Positions 52,701 through 64,000 of a stretch of 64,000 bases of DNA are shown here, piece after piece. The DNA is from the human T2T-CHM13v2.0 reference genome, Homo sapiens, in assembly GCF_009914755.1 (NCBI RefSeq), contig NC_060930.1; one strand, 5' to 3'. The notes under the pieces were generated by a model that saw only the letters and a program-made list of their open reading frames with translations, was not told the DNA's origin and did not search any database. Position 1 is the stretch's first letter, and the number at the start of each line of letters is the position of its first letter. The position numbers and the translations under genes were made by a program.

Positions 52701-55700
52701 TCACAGAGCAGTTTTGAAACACTGTTTTTGTAGGATTTCCAAGGGGATATTTATAGCGCATTGAGCCTACGGCGGAAAAAGAAACATCTTCCTATAAAAA
52801 CTAGAGAGAATACTTCTCAGAATCTGCTTTGCGATGTGTGCGTTCAACTCACAGAGTAAAACTTTTCTTTTGATAGAGCAGTTTTGAAACACTCTTTTTG
52901 TAGTATTTGCATGTGTATATTTAGAGCGCATTGAAGCCCACAGTAGAAAAGGAAATAACTTCACCTAAAACCTAGACAGAAGCAATCTCAGAAACTACTT
53001 TGTGATGTGTACATTCAACTCACAGAGTGGAACTTTCCTCTTTATAGAGCAGTGTTGAAACACTCTTTTTGTAGAAACTGCAAGTGGATATTTGGACCTC
53101 TTTGAGGCCTTCGTTGGAAACGGGATTTCTTCCTATAACCCTAGACAGAAGAATTTTCAGAAACCTCATTGTGATGTGTGCGTTCATCTCACAGAGTGGA
53201 GTCTTCCGTTTGATAGAGAAGTTTTGAAACCCTGTTCTTGTAGGATTTCCAAGTGGATATTTAGACCACTTTGAAGCCTATGATAGAAAAGGAAACATCT
53301 TCATGGAAAACATAGATAGAATCATCCTCAGAAACAACTTTGTGATGTGTGCGTTGAACTCACCGTCTTTAACCTTTCTTTTGGTAGAGAAGTTTTGAAA
53401 CACTCTCTTTGTAAAGTCTACAAGTGGATATTTTGAGCCCTTGGAGGCATTCTTTGGAAAAGGGAATGTCTTCACATAAAAGGCAGACGGAAGTGTTCTC
53501 AGAAACTGCTTTGTGATGTCTGTGTTCAACTCACAGAGTTTAACATTTCCTTTGATAGAGCGGTTTAGTAACCCTCTCTTTGTAGAATTTGGAAGTGTAT
53601 ACTAAGAGCGCTTTGAGGCCTATGGTAGAAAAGGAAATATCTTTCCATAAAAGCTAGACAGAAGCAATCTCAGAAACTCCTTTGCGATGTCTGCATTCAA
53701 CTCACCGAGTGGAACATTCCTCTTGAGAGAGCAGTTTGGAAACACTCTTTCTGTAGAATCAGCTTGTTTGTATTTGGACCTCCTTGAGGCCTTCGTTGGA
53801 AACGGGTTTTCATCTTATAAACCCAGACAGAAGAATTCTCAGAGTCTTCTTTGTGATGTGTGCTTTCAACTCACCGAGATAAAGATTTCTCTTGATAGAG
53901 CAATTTGGAAACACTCTTTTTGTAGAATTTGCAAGGGTACATTGAGAGCGCTTTCAGGCCTATGGTAGAAAAGGGAATATCTTTCCATAAAAGGTAGACA
54001 GAAGCAATCTCAGAAACTACTTTGTGATGTGTGCATTCAACTCACCGAGTGCAACGTTCCTCTTGACCGAGCAGTTTGGAAACATTGTTTCTGTAGAATC
54101 TGCAAGTGGATATTTGGACCTCTTTGAGGCCTTCGTTGGAAACGGGATTTCTTCCTATAAACCCAGACAGAAGAATTCTCAGAGACTTCTTTGTGATGTG
54201 TGAATTCAACTCACAGTGTGGATCCTTCCTTTTGATAGAGCAGTTTTGAAACCCTGTTTTTGTAGTATTTCCAAGCGGATATTTGGAACGCCTTGAAGCG
54301 TATGGTAGAAAAGGAAATATCTTCCCATAAAACCTAGACAGAACCAATCTCAGAAACGACTTTGTGATGTCTGCATTCAAGTCACAGAGTTGAACATTTC
54401 TCTTGATAGAGCAGTTTTGAAACCCTCTTTCTGAAGGATCTGCAAGTGGATATTTGGAACTCCTTTGGGTCTTCGTTGGAAACGGGATTTCTTCGTATAA
54501 ATCTAGACAGAAGAATTCTCCGAAACTTCTTTGGTTGTGTGCATTCAAGTCACAGAGTGGAACCTTCCTTTGGATAGAGCAGTTTGAAACGCCGTGGTTG
54601 TAGTATTTCCAAGCGGATATTAGAGCGCCTTGAGGCCTATGGTAGAAAAGGAAATATCTTCCCATAAAACCTAGACGGAAGCAATCTCAGAAACTACTGT
54701 GTGATGGCTGCATTCCACACACACGGTGGAACATTTCTCTTGATAGAGCAGTTTTGAAACACTCTTTCTGTAGAATCTGCAAGTGGATAATTGGACCGCC
54801 TTGAGGCCTTCGTTGGAAACGGGATTTCTTCATGTTACTCTAGATAGAAGAATTCTCAAACACTGCTATGTGATGTTTGCATTCAAGTCACAGAGTGCAA
54901 CATTCCTCTTGGTAGAGCAGTTGGGAAACACTCCTTTTGTAGAATCTGCAATGGGATATTTGGACTTCTTTGAGGCCTTCGTTGGAAACGGGATTTCTTC
55001 GTATGAATCTAGACAGAAGAATTCTCAGAAACTTCCTTGTGATGTGTGCATTCAACTCAGCGAGTGGCACCTTCCTTTGGATACAGCAGTTTTGAAACAC
55101 TGTTTTTGTAGTATTTCCAAGCGGATATTTAGAGCGCCTTGAAGCCTATGCTAGAAATGGAAATATCTCCCCATAAAACCAAGACAGAAGCAATCTCAGA
55201 AACTAATGTGTGATGGCTGCATTCCACACACACGGTGGACCATTTCTCTTGATAGAGCAGTTTTGAAACACTCTTTCTGTAGAATCTGCAAGTGGATAAT
55301 TGGACCTCCTAGAGGCCTTCGTTGGAAACGGGATTTCTTCATCTAAACCTACAGAGAAGAATTCTCAGTAACTTCTTCGGATGTGTGCATTCGACGCACA
55401 GAATGGAACATTCCCTTTGATAGAGCAGTTTTGAGACACCGTTTTTGTAGAATTCCCAAGTGGATATTTAGAGCACTTTGAAGTCTCTGCTAGAAAAGGA
55501 AACATCTTCATGTAAAAAGTAGATAGAATCGTTCTCAGAAAGTGCTTAGTGACGTGTGCGTTCAACTCACAGAGTTTAACGTTTCTTTTGATAGAGCGTT
55601 TCTGAAACACCCTTCTTGTAGTAGCTGCAAGTGGATATTTGGACCTATTGGAGGCCTTCTTTGGAAATGGGATTTCTTCATGTAACTCTAGATTGAAGAG

Positions 55701-56057
55701 TTCTCAGAAACTCCTTTGTGATGTGTGCATTCAATTCAAAGAGTGAAACCTCCCTTTTCACAGAGCAGTTTTGAAACACTGTTTTTGTAGGATTTCCAAG
55801 GGGATATTTATAGCGCATTGAGCCTACGGCGGAAAAAGAAACATCTTCCTATAAAAACTAGACAGAATACTTCTCAGAATCTGCTTTGCGATGTGTGCGT
55901 TCAACTCACAGAGTAAAACTTTTCTTTTGATAGAGCAGTTTTGAAACACTCTTTTTGTAGTATTTGCATGTGTATATTTAGAGCGCATTGAAGCCCACAG
56001 TAGAAAAGGAAATAACTTCACCTAAAACCTAGACAGAAGCAATCTCAGAAACTACTT
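40773..56057 (+). repeat. HOR units 15-19: five 18-mers (units 17 and 18 are mosaic variants)
   Basis: 3057-bp period (40864, 43921, 46978, 50035, 53092, 56149). Units 17 and 18 carry subsets of the SNVs otherwise linked to 15-mers. Confidence 0.94.
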
Positions 56058-58608
56058 TGTGATGTGTACATTCAACTCACAGAGTGGAACTTTCCTCTTT
56101 ATAGAGCAGTGTTGAAACACTCTTTTTGTAGAAACTGCAAGTGGATATTTGGACCTCTTTGAGGCCTTCGTTGGAAACGGGATTTCTTCCTATAACCCTA
56201 GACAGAAGAATTTTCAGAAACCTCATTGTGATGTGTGCGTTCATCTCACAGAGTGGAGTCTTCCGTTTGATAGAGAAGTTTTGAAACCCTGTTCTTGTAG
56301 GATTTCCAAGTGGATATTTAGACCACTTTGAAGCCTATGATAGAAAAGGAAACATCTTCATGGAAAACATAGATAGAATCATCCTCAGAAACAACTTTGT
56401 GATGTGTGCGTTGAACTCACCGTCTTTAACCTTTCTTTTGGTAGAGAAGTTTTGAAACACTCTCTTTGTAAAGTCTACAAGTGGATATTTTGAGCCCTTG
56501 GAGGCATTCTTTGGAAAAGGGAATGTCTTCACATAAAAGGCAGACGGAAGTGTTCTCAGAAACTGCTTTGTGATGTCTGTGTTCAACTCACAGAGTTTAA
56601 CATTTCCTTTGATAGAGCGGTTTAGTAACCCTCTCTTTGTAGAATTTGGAAGTGTATACTAAGAGCGCTTTGAGGCCTATGGTAGAAAAGGAAATATCTT
56701 TCCATAAAAGCTAGACAGAAGCAATCTCAGAAACTCCTCTGTGATGTCTGCATTCAACTCACCGAGTGGAACATTCCTCTTGAGAGAGCAGTTTGGAAAC
56801 ACTCTTTCTGTAGAATCAGCTTGTTTGTATTTGGACCTCCTTGAGGCCTTCGTTGGAAACGGGTTTTCATCTTATAAACCCAGACAGAAGAATTCTCAGA
56901 GTCTTCTTTGTGATGTGTGCTTTCAACTCACCGAGATAAAGATTTCTCTTGATAGAGCAATTTGGAAACACTCTTTTTGTAGAATTTGCAAGGGTACATT
57001 GAGAGCGCTTTCAGGCCTATGGTAGAAAAGGGAATATCTTTCCATAAAAGGTAGACAGAAGCAATCTCAGAAACTACTTTGTGATGTGTGCATTCAACTC
57101 ACCGAGTGCAACGTTCCTCTTGACCGAGCAGTTTGGAAACATTGTTTCTGTAGAATCTGCAAGTGGATATTTGGACCTCTTTGAGGCCTTCGTTGGAAAC
57201 GGGATTTCTTCCTATAAACCCAGACAGAAGAATTCTCAGAGACTTCTTTGTGATGTGTGAATTCAACTCACAGTGTGGATCCTTCCTTTTGATAGAGCAG
57301 TTTTGAAACCCTGTTTTTGTAGTATTTCCAAGCGGATATTTGGAACGCCTTGAAGCGTATGGTAGAAAAGGAAATATCTTCCCATAAAACCTAGACAGAA
57401 CCAATCTCAGAAACGACTTTGTGATGTCTGCATTCAAGTCACAGAGTTGAACATTTCTCTTGATAGAGCAGTTTTGAAACCCTCTTTCTGAAGGATCTGC
57501 AAGTGGATATTTGGAACTCCTTTGGGTCTTCGTTGGAAACGGGATTTCTTCGTATAAATCTAGACAGAAGAATTCTCAGAAACTTCCTTGTGATGTGTGC
57601 ATTCAACTCAGCGAGTGGCACCTTCCTTTGGATACAGCAGTTTTGAAACACTGTTTTTGTAGTATTTCCAAGCGGATATTTAGAGCGCCTTGAAGCCTAT
57701 GCTAGAAATGGAAATATCTCCCCATAAAACCAAGACGGAAGCAATCTCAGAAACTAATGTGTGATGGCTGCATTCCACACACACGGTGGACCATTTCTCT
57801 TGATAGAGCAGTTTTGAAACACTCTTTCTGTAGAATCTGCAAGTGGATAATTGGACCTCCGAGAGGCCTTCGTTGGAAACGGGATTTCTTCATCTAAACC
57901 TACAGAGAAGTATTCTCAGTAACTTCTTCGGATGTGTGCATTCGACGCACAGAATGGAACATTCCCTTTGATAGAGCAGTTTTGAGACACCGTTTTTGTA
58001 GAATTCCCCAGTGGATATTTAGAGCACTTTGAAGTCTCTGCTAGAAAAGGAAACATCATCATGTAAAAAGTAGATAGAATCGTTCTCAGAAAGTGCTTAG
58101 TGTCGTGTGCGTTCAACTCACAGAGTTTAACGTTTCTTTTGATAGAGCGTTTCTGAAACACCCTTCTTGTAGTAGCTGCAAGTGGATATTTGGACCTATT
58201 GGAGGCCTTCTTTGGAAATGGGATTTCTTCATGTAACTCTAGATTGAAGAATTCTCAGAAACTCCTTTGTGATGTGTGCATTCAATTCAAAGAGTGAAAC
58301 CTCCCTTTTCACAGAGCAGTTTTGAAACACTGTTTTTGTAGGATTTCCAAGGGGATATTTATAGCGCATTGAGCCTACGGCGGAAAAAGAAACATCTTCC
58401 TATAAAAACTAGAGAGAATACTTCTCAGAATCTGCTTTGCGATGTGTGCGTTCAACTCACAGAGTAAAACTTTTCTTTTGATAGAGCAGTTTTGAAACAC
58501 TCTTTTTGTAGTATTTGCATGTGTATATTTAGAGCGCATTGAAGCCCACAGTAGAAAAGGAAATAACTTCACCTAAAACCTAGACAGAAGCAATCTCAGA
58601 AACTACTT
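56058..58608 (+). repeat. HOR unit 20: 15-mer deletion variant (2551 bp), divergent haplotype
   Basis: 56149 to 58700 = 2551 bp; junction at 57557-57577. Differs from the other 15-mers at several SNVs. Confidence 0.95.
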
Positions 58609-61600
58609 TGTGATGTGTACATTCAACTCACAGAGTGGAACTTTCCTCTTTATAGAGCAGTGTTGAAACACTCTTTTTGTAGAAACTGCAAGTGGATATT
58701 TGGACCTCTTTGAGGCCTTCGTTGGAAACGGGATTTCTTCCTATAACCCTAGACAGAAGAATTTTCAGAAACCTCATTGTGATGTGTGCGTTCATCTCAC
58801 AGAGTGGAGTCTTCCGTTTGATAGAGAAGTTTTGAAACCCTGTTCTTGTAGGATTTCCAAGTGGATATTTAGACCACTTTGAAGCCTATGATAGAAAAGG
58901 AAACATCTTCATGGAAAACATAGATGGAATCATCCTCAGAAACAACTTTGTGATGTGTGCGTTGAACTCACCGTCTTTAACCTTTCTTTTGGTAGAGAAG
59001 TTTTGAAACACTCTCTTTGTAAAGTCTACAAGTGGATATTTTGAGCCCTTGGAGGCATTCTTTGGAAAAGGGAATGTCTTCACATAAAAGGCAGACGGAA
59101 GTGTTCTCAGAAACTGCTTTGTGATGTCTGTGTTCAACTCACAGAGTTTAACATTTCCTTTGATAGAGCGGTTTAGTAACCCTCTCTTTGTAGAATTTGG
59201 AAGTGTATACTAAGAGCGCTTTGAGGCCTATGGTAGAAAAGGAAATATCTTTCCATAAAAGCTAGACAGAAGCAATCTCAGAAACTCCTTTGCGATGTCT
59301 GCATTCAACTCACCGAGTGGAACATTCCTCTTGAGAGAGCAGTTTGGAAACACTCTTTCTGTAGAATCAGCTTGTTTGTATTTGGACCTCCTTGAGGCCT
59401 TCGTTGGAAACGGGTTTTCATCTTATAAACCCAGACAGAAGAATTCTCAGAGTCTTCTTTGTGATGTGTGCTTTCAACTCACCGAGATAAAGATTTCTCT
59501 TGATAGAGCAATTTGGAAACACTCTTTTTGTAGAATTTGCAAGGGTACATTGAGAGCGCTTTCAGGCCTATGGTAGAAAAGGGAATATCTTTCCATAAAA
59601 GGTAGACAGAAGCAATCTCAGAAACTACTTTGTGATGTGTGCATTCAACTCACCGAGTGCAACGTTCCTCTTGACCGAGCAGTTTGGAAACATTGTTTCT
59701 GTAGAATCTGCAAGTGGATATTTGGACCTCTTTGAGGCCTTCGTTGGAAACGGGATTTCTTCCTATAAACCCAGACAGAAGAATTCTCAGAGACTTCTTT
59801 GTGATGTGTGAATTCAACTCACAGTGTGGATCCTTCCTTTTGATAGAGCAGTTTTGAAACCCTGTTTTTGTAGTATTTCCAAGCGGATATTTGGAACGCC
59901 TTGAAGCGTATGGTAGAAAAGGAAATATCTTCCCATAAAACCTAGACAGAACCAATCTCAGAAACGACTTTGTGATGTCTGCATTCAAGTCACAGAGTTG
60001 AACATTTCTCTTGATAGAGCAGTTTTGAAACCCTCTTTCTGAAGGATCTGCAAGTGGATATTTGGAACTCCTTTGGGTCTTCGTTGGAAACGGGATTTCT
60101 TCGTATAAATCTAGACAGAAGAATTCTCCGAAACTTCTTTGGTTGTGTGCATTCAAGTCACAGAGTGGAACCTTCCTTTGGATAGAGCAGTTTGAAACGC
60201 CGTGGTTGTAGTATTTCCAAGCGGATATTAGAGCGCCTTGAGGCCTATGGTAGAAAAGGAAATATCTTCCCATAAAACCTAGACGGAAGCAATCTCAGAA
60301 ACTACTGTGTGATGGCTGCATTCCACACACACGGTGGAACATTTCTCTTGATAGAGCAGTTTTGAAACACTCTTTCTGTAGAATCTGCAAGTGGATAATT
60401 GGACCGCCTTGAGGCCTTCGTTGGAAACGGGATTTCTTCATGTTACTCTAGATAGAAGAATTCTCAAACACTGCTATGTGATGTTTGCATTCAAGTCACA
60501 GAGTGCAACATTCCTCTTGGTAGAGCAGTTGGGAAACACTCCTTTTGTAGAATCTGCAATGGGATATTTGGACTTCTTTGAGGCCTTCGTTGGAAACGGG
60601 ATTTCTTCGTATGAATCTAGACAGAAGAATTCTCAGAAACTTCCTTGTGATGTGTGCATTCAACTCAGCGAGTGGCACCTTCCTTTGGATACAGCAGTTT
60701 TGAAACACTGTTTTTGTAGTATTTCCAAGCGGATATTTAGAGCGCCTTGAAGCCTATGCTAGAAATGGAAATATCTCCCCATAAAACCAAGACAGAAGCA
60801 ATCTCAGAAACTAATGTGTGATGGCTGCATTCCACACACACGGTGGACCATTTCTCTTGATAGAGCAGTTTTGAAACACTCTTTCTGTAGAATCTGCAAG
60901 TGGATAATTGGACCTCCTAGAGGCCTTCGTTGGAAACGGGATTTCTTCATCTAAACCTACAGAGAAGAATTCTCAGTAACTTCTTCGGATGTGTGCATTC
61001 GACGCACAGAATGGAACATTCCCTTTGATAGAGCAGTTTTGAGACACCGTTTTTGTAGAATTCCCAAGTGGATATTTAGAGCACTTTGAAGTCTCTGCTA
61101 GAAAAGGAAACATCTTCATGTAAAAAGTAGATAGAATCGTTCTCAGAAAGTGCTTAGTGACGTGTGCGTTCAACTCACAGAGTTTAACGTTTCTTTTGAT
61201 AGAGCGTTTCTGAAACACCCTTCTTGTAGTAGCTGCAAGTGGATATTTGGACCTATTGGAGGCCTTCTTTGGAAATGGGATTTCTTCATGTAACTCTAGA
61301 TTGAAGAGTTCTCAGAAACTCCTTTGTGATGTGTGCATTCAATTCAAAGAGTGAAACCTCCCTTTTCACAGAGCAGTTTTGAAACACTGTTTTTGTAGGA
61401 TTTCCAAGGGGATATTTATAGCGCATTGAGCCTACGGCGGAAAAAGAAACATCTTCCTATAAAAACTAGACAGAATACTTCTCAGAATCTGCTTTGCGAT
61501 GTGTGCGTTCAACTCACAGAGTAAAACTTTTCTTTTGATAGAGCAGTTTTGAAACACTCTTTTTGTAGTATTTGCATGTGTATATTTAGAGCGCATTGAA

Positions 61601-64000
61601 GCCCACAGTAGAAAAGGAAATAACTTCACCTAAAACCTAGACAGAAGCAATCTCAGAAACTACTTTGTGATGTGTACATTCAACTCACAGAGTGGAACTT
61701 TCCTCTTTATAGAGCAGTGTTGAAACACTCTTTTTGTAGAAACTGCAAGTGGATATTTGGACCTCTTTGAGGCCTTCGTTGGAAACGGGATTTCTTCCTA
61801 TAACCCTAGACAGAAGAATTTTCAGAAACCTCATTGTGATGTGTGCGTTCATCTCACAGAGTGGAGTCTTCCGTTTGATAGAGAAGTTTTGAAACCCTGT
61901 TCTTGTAGGATTTCCAAGTGGATATTTAGACCACTTTGAAGCCTATGATAGAAAAGGAAACATCTTCATGGAAAACATAGATAGAATCATCCTCAGAAAC
62001 AACTTTGTGATGTGTGCGTTGAACTCACCGTCTTTAACCTTTCTTTTGGTAGAGAAGTTTTGAAACACTCTCTTTGTAAAGTCTACAAGTGGATATTTTG
62101 AGCCCTTGGAGGCATTCTTTGGAAAAGGGAATGTCTTCACATAAAAGGCAGACGGAAGTGTTCTCAGAAACTGCTTTGTGATGTCTGTGTTCAACTCACA
62201 GAGTTTAACATTTCCTTTGATAGAGCGGTTTAGTAACCCTCTCTTTGTAGAATTTGGAAGTGTATACTAAGAGCGCTTTGAGGCCTATGGTAGAAAAGGA
62301 AATATCTTTCCATAAAAGCTAGACAGAAGCAATCTCAGAAACTCCTTTGCGATGTCTGCATTCAACTCACCGAGTGGAACATTCCTCTTGAGAGAGCAGT
62401 TTGGAAACACTCTTTCTGTAGAATCAGCTTGTTTGTATTTGGACCTCCTTGAGGCCTTCGTTGGAAACGGGTTTTCATCTTATAAACCCAGACAGAAGAA
62501 TTCTCAGAGTCTTCTTTGTGATGTGTGCTTTCAACTCACCGAGATAAAGATTTCTCTTGATAGAGCAATTTGGAAACACTCTTTTTGTAGAATTTGCAAG
62601 GGTACATTGAGAGCGCTTTCAGGCCTATGGTAGAAAAGGGAATATCTTTCCATAAAAGGTAGACAGAAGCAATCTCAGAAACTACTTTGTGATGTGTGCA
62701 TTCAACTCACCGAGTGCAACGTTCCTCTTGACCGAGCAGTTTGGAAACATTGTTTCTGTAGAATCTGCAAGTGGATATTTGGACCTCTTTGAGGCCTTCG
62801 TTGGAAACGGGATTTCTTCCTATAAACCCAGACAGAAGAATTCTCAGAGACTTCTTTGTGATGTGTGAATTCAACTCACAGTGTGGATCCTTCCTTTTGA
62901 TAGAGCAGTTTTGAAACCCTGTTTTTGTAGTATTTCCAAGCGGATATTTGGAACGCCTTGAAGCGTATGGTAGAAAAGGAAATATCTTCCCATAAAACCT
63001 AGACAGAACCAATCTCAGAAACGACTTTGTGATGTCTGCATTCAAGTCACAGAGTTGAACATTTCTCTTGATAGAGCAGTTTTGAAACCCTCTTTCTGAA
63101 GGATCTGCAAGTGGATATTTGGAACTCCTTTGGGTCTTCGTTGGAAACGGGATTTCTTCGTATAAATCTAGACAGAAGAATTCTCCGAAACTTCTTTGGT
63201 TGTGTGCATTCAAGTCACAGAGTGGAACCTTCCTTTGGATAGAGCAGTTTGAAACGCCGTGGTTGTAGTATTTCCAAGCGGATATTAGAGCGCCTTGAGG
63301 CCTATGGTAGAAAAGGAAATATCTTCCCATAAAACCTAGACGGAAGCAATCTCAGAAACTACTGTGTGATGGCTGCATTCCACACACACGGTGGAACATT
63401 TCTCTTGATAGAGCAGTTTTGAAACACTCTTTCTGTAGAATCTGCAAGTGGATAATTGGACCGCCTTGAGGCCTTCGTTGGAAACGGGATTTCTTCATGT
63501 TACTCTAGATAGAAGAATTCTCAAACACTGCTATGTGATGTTTGCATTCAAGTCACAGAGTGCAACATTCCTCTTGGTAGAGCAGTTGGGAAACACTCCT
63601 TTTGTAGAATCTGCAATGGGATATTTGGACTTCTTTGAGGCCTTCGTTGGAAACGGGATTTCTTCGTATGAATCTAGACAGAAGAATTCTCAGAAACTTC
63701 CTTGTGATGTGTGCATTCAACTCAGCGAGTGGCACCTTCCTTTGGATACAGCAGTTTTGAAACACTGTTTTTGTAGTATTTCCAAGCGGATATTTAGAGC
63801 GCCTTGAAGCCTATGCTAGAAATGGAAATATCTCCCCATAAAACCAAGACAGAAGCAATCTCAGAAACTAATGTGTGATGGCTGCATTCCACACACACGG
63901 TGGACCATTTCTCTTGATAGAGCAGTTTTGAAACACTCTTTCTGTAGAATCTGCAAGTGGATAATTGGACCTCCGAGAGGCCTTCGTTGGAAACGGGATT
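58609..64000 (+). repeat. HOR unit 21 (18-mer) and unit 22 (18-mer truncated by window end)
   Basis: 58700 to 61757 = 3057 bp. Unit 22 starts at 61666 and includes monomers m10-m12. Confidence 0.95.

Larger units (their letters stand above)
1..64000 (+). repeat. Alpha satellite higher-order repeat array (18-mer HOR, 3057 bp), most likely human chromosome 6 centromeric D6Z1
   Basis: Monomers of ~170 bp carry alphoid hallmarks (CATTCAACTCACAGAG, GATAGAGCAGTTTTGAAACACTCTTTTTGTAGAATCTGCAAGTGGATATTTGG, CTTCGTTGGAAACGGGA). The ORF track repeats with an exact 3057-bp period (92, 3149, 6206, 9263). One BamHI site per unit (GGATCC 1220-1225). Alpha satellite identity is certain; the D6Z1 assignment rests on recalled HOR size and is about 0.85. 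Confidence 0.98.

Noticed and set aside
9172-58608. Strict periodic spacing of 15-mers
   Set aside because: They are separated by 1, 4, 2 and 5 18-mers, so there is no fixed period beyond the single block duplication reported.
92-63807. Recurrent 60-207 aa ORFs on both strands (e.g. 1042-1665, 207 aa)
   Set aside because: They are translations of alpha satellite monomers that recur at the HOR period and overlap on opposite strands. Many use non-ATG starts, show no recognisable domain and are broken by the 15-mer deletion. They are not genes.
109-64000. Regularly spaced identical 17-20 bp motif resembling a CRISPR repeat-spacer array
   Set aside because: The motif is the CENP-B box. The intervening sequences are homologous satellite monomers of 150-830 bp rather than unique spacers, and there are no cas genes.
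1-64000. Possible transposon insertion, inversion or unique sequence island
   Set aside because: Unit spacing is fully accounted for by 3057, 3055 and 2551 bp periods, and CENP-B boxes stay on the + strand throughout. No Alu/L1 sequence or poly-A tail was seen.
1-64000. A previously undescribed gene-based biological system
   Set aside because: Nothing in the sequence supports one. The window is entirely a known class of centromeric satellite, and only its variant architecture is noteworthy.

Overview
The whole 64 kb window is one uninterrupted, head-to-tail array of primate centromeric alpha satellite (~171-bp monomers) organised as a higher-order repeat (HOR). It holds 22 HOR copies: 15 complete 18-mers of 3057 bp, one 3055-bp 18-mer, five 15-mer deletion variants of 2551 bp, and a final partial 18-mer. 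Unit starts are 1, 3058, 6115, 9172*, 11723, 14780*, 17331, 20388, 23445, 26502, 29559*, 32110, 35165, 38222*, 40773, 43830, 46887, 49944, 53001, 56058*, 58609 and 61666 (* = 15-mer). An 18-mer of ~3.06 kb with one BamHI site per unit fits the human chromosome 6 centromeric array D6Z1; this is recognised from memory, not from a database search. Each 18-mer has 7 intact CENP-B boxes and 2 degenerate ones. I see no genes, RNA genes, transposons, inversions or CRISPR arrays, and all listed ORFs are artefacts of translating the satellite. I found no new gene system. The signal of interest is the array's mutational history: a 506-bp deletion with one shared breakpoint and a linked 9-SNV haplotype, an apparent ~20.4-kb tandem duplication of seven HORs, mosaic HOR copies in the right third, and older monomer duplications inside the 18-mer. 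Monomers are numbered m1-m18 from the window start (my own phase). Variants were read by eye, so some may be missed.
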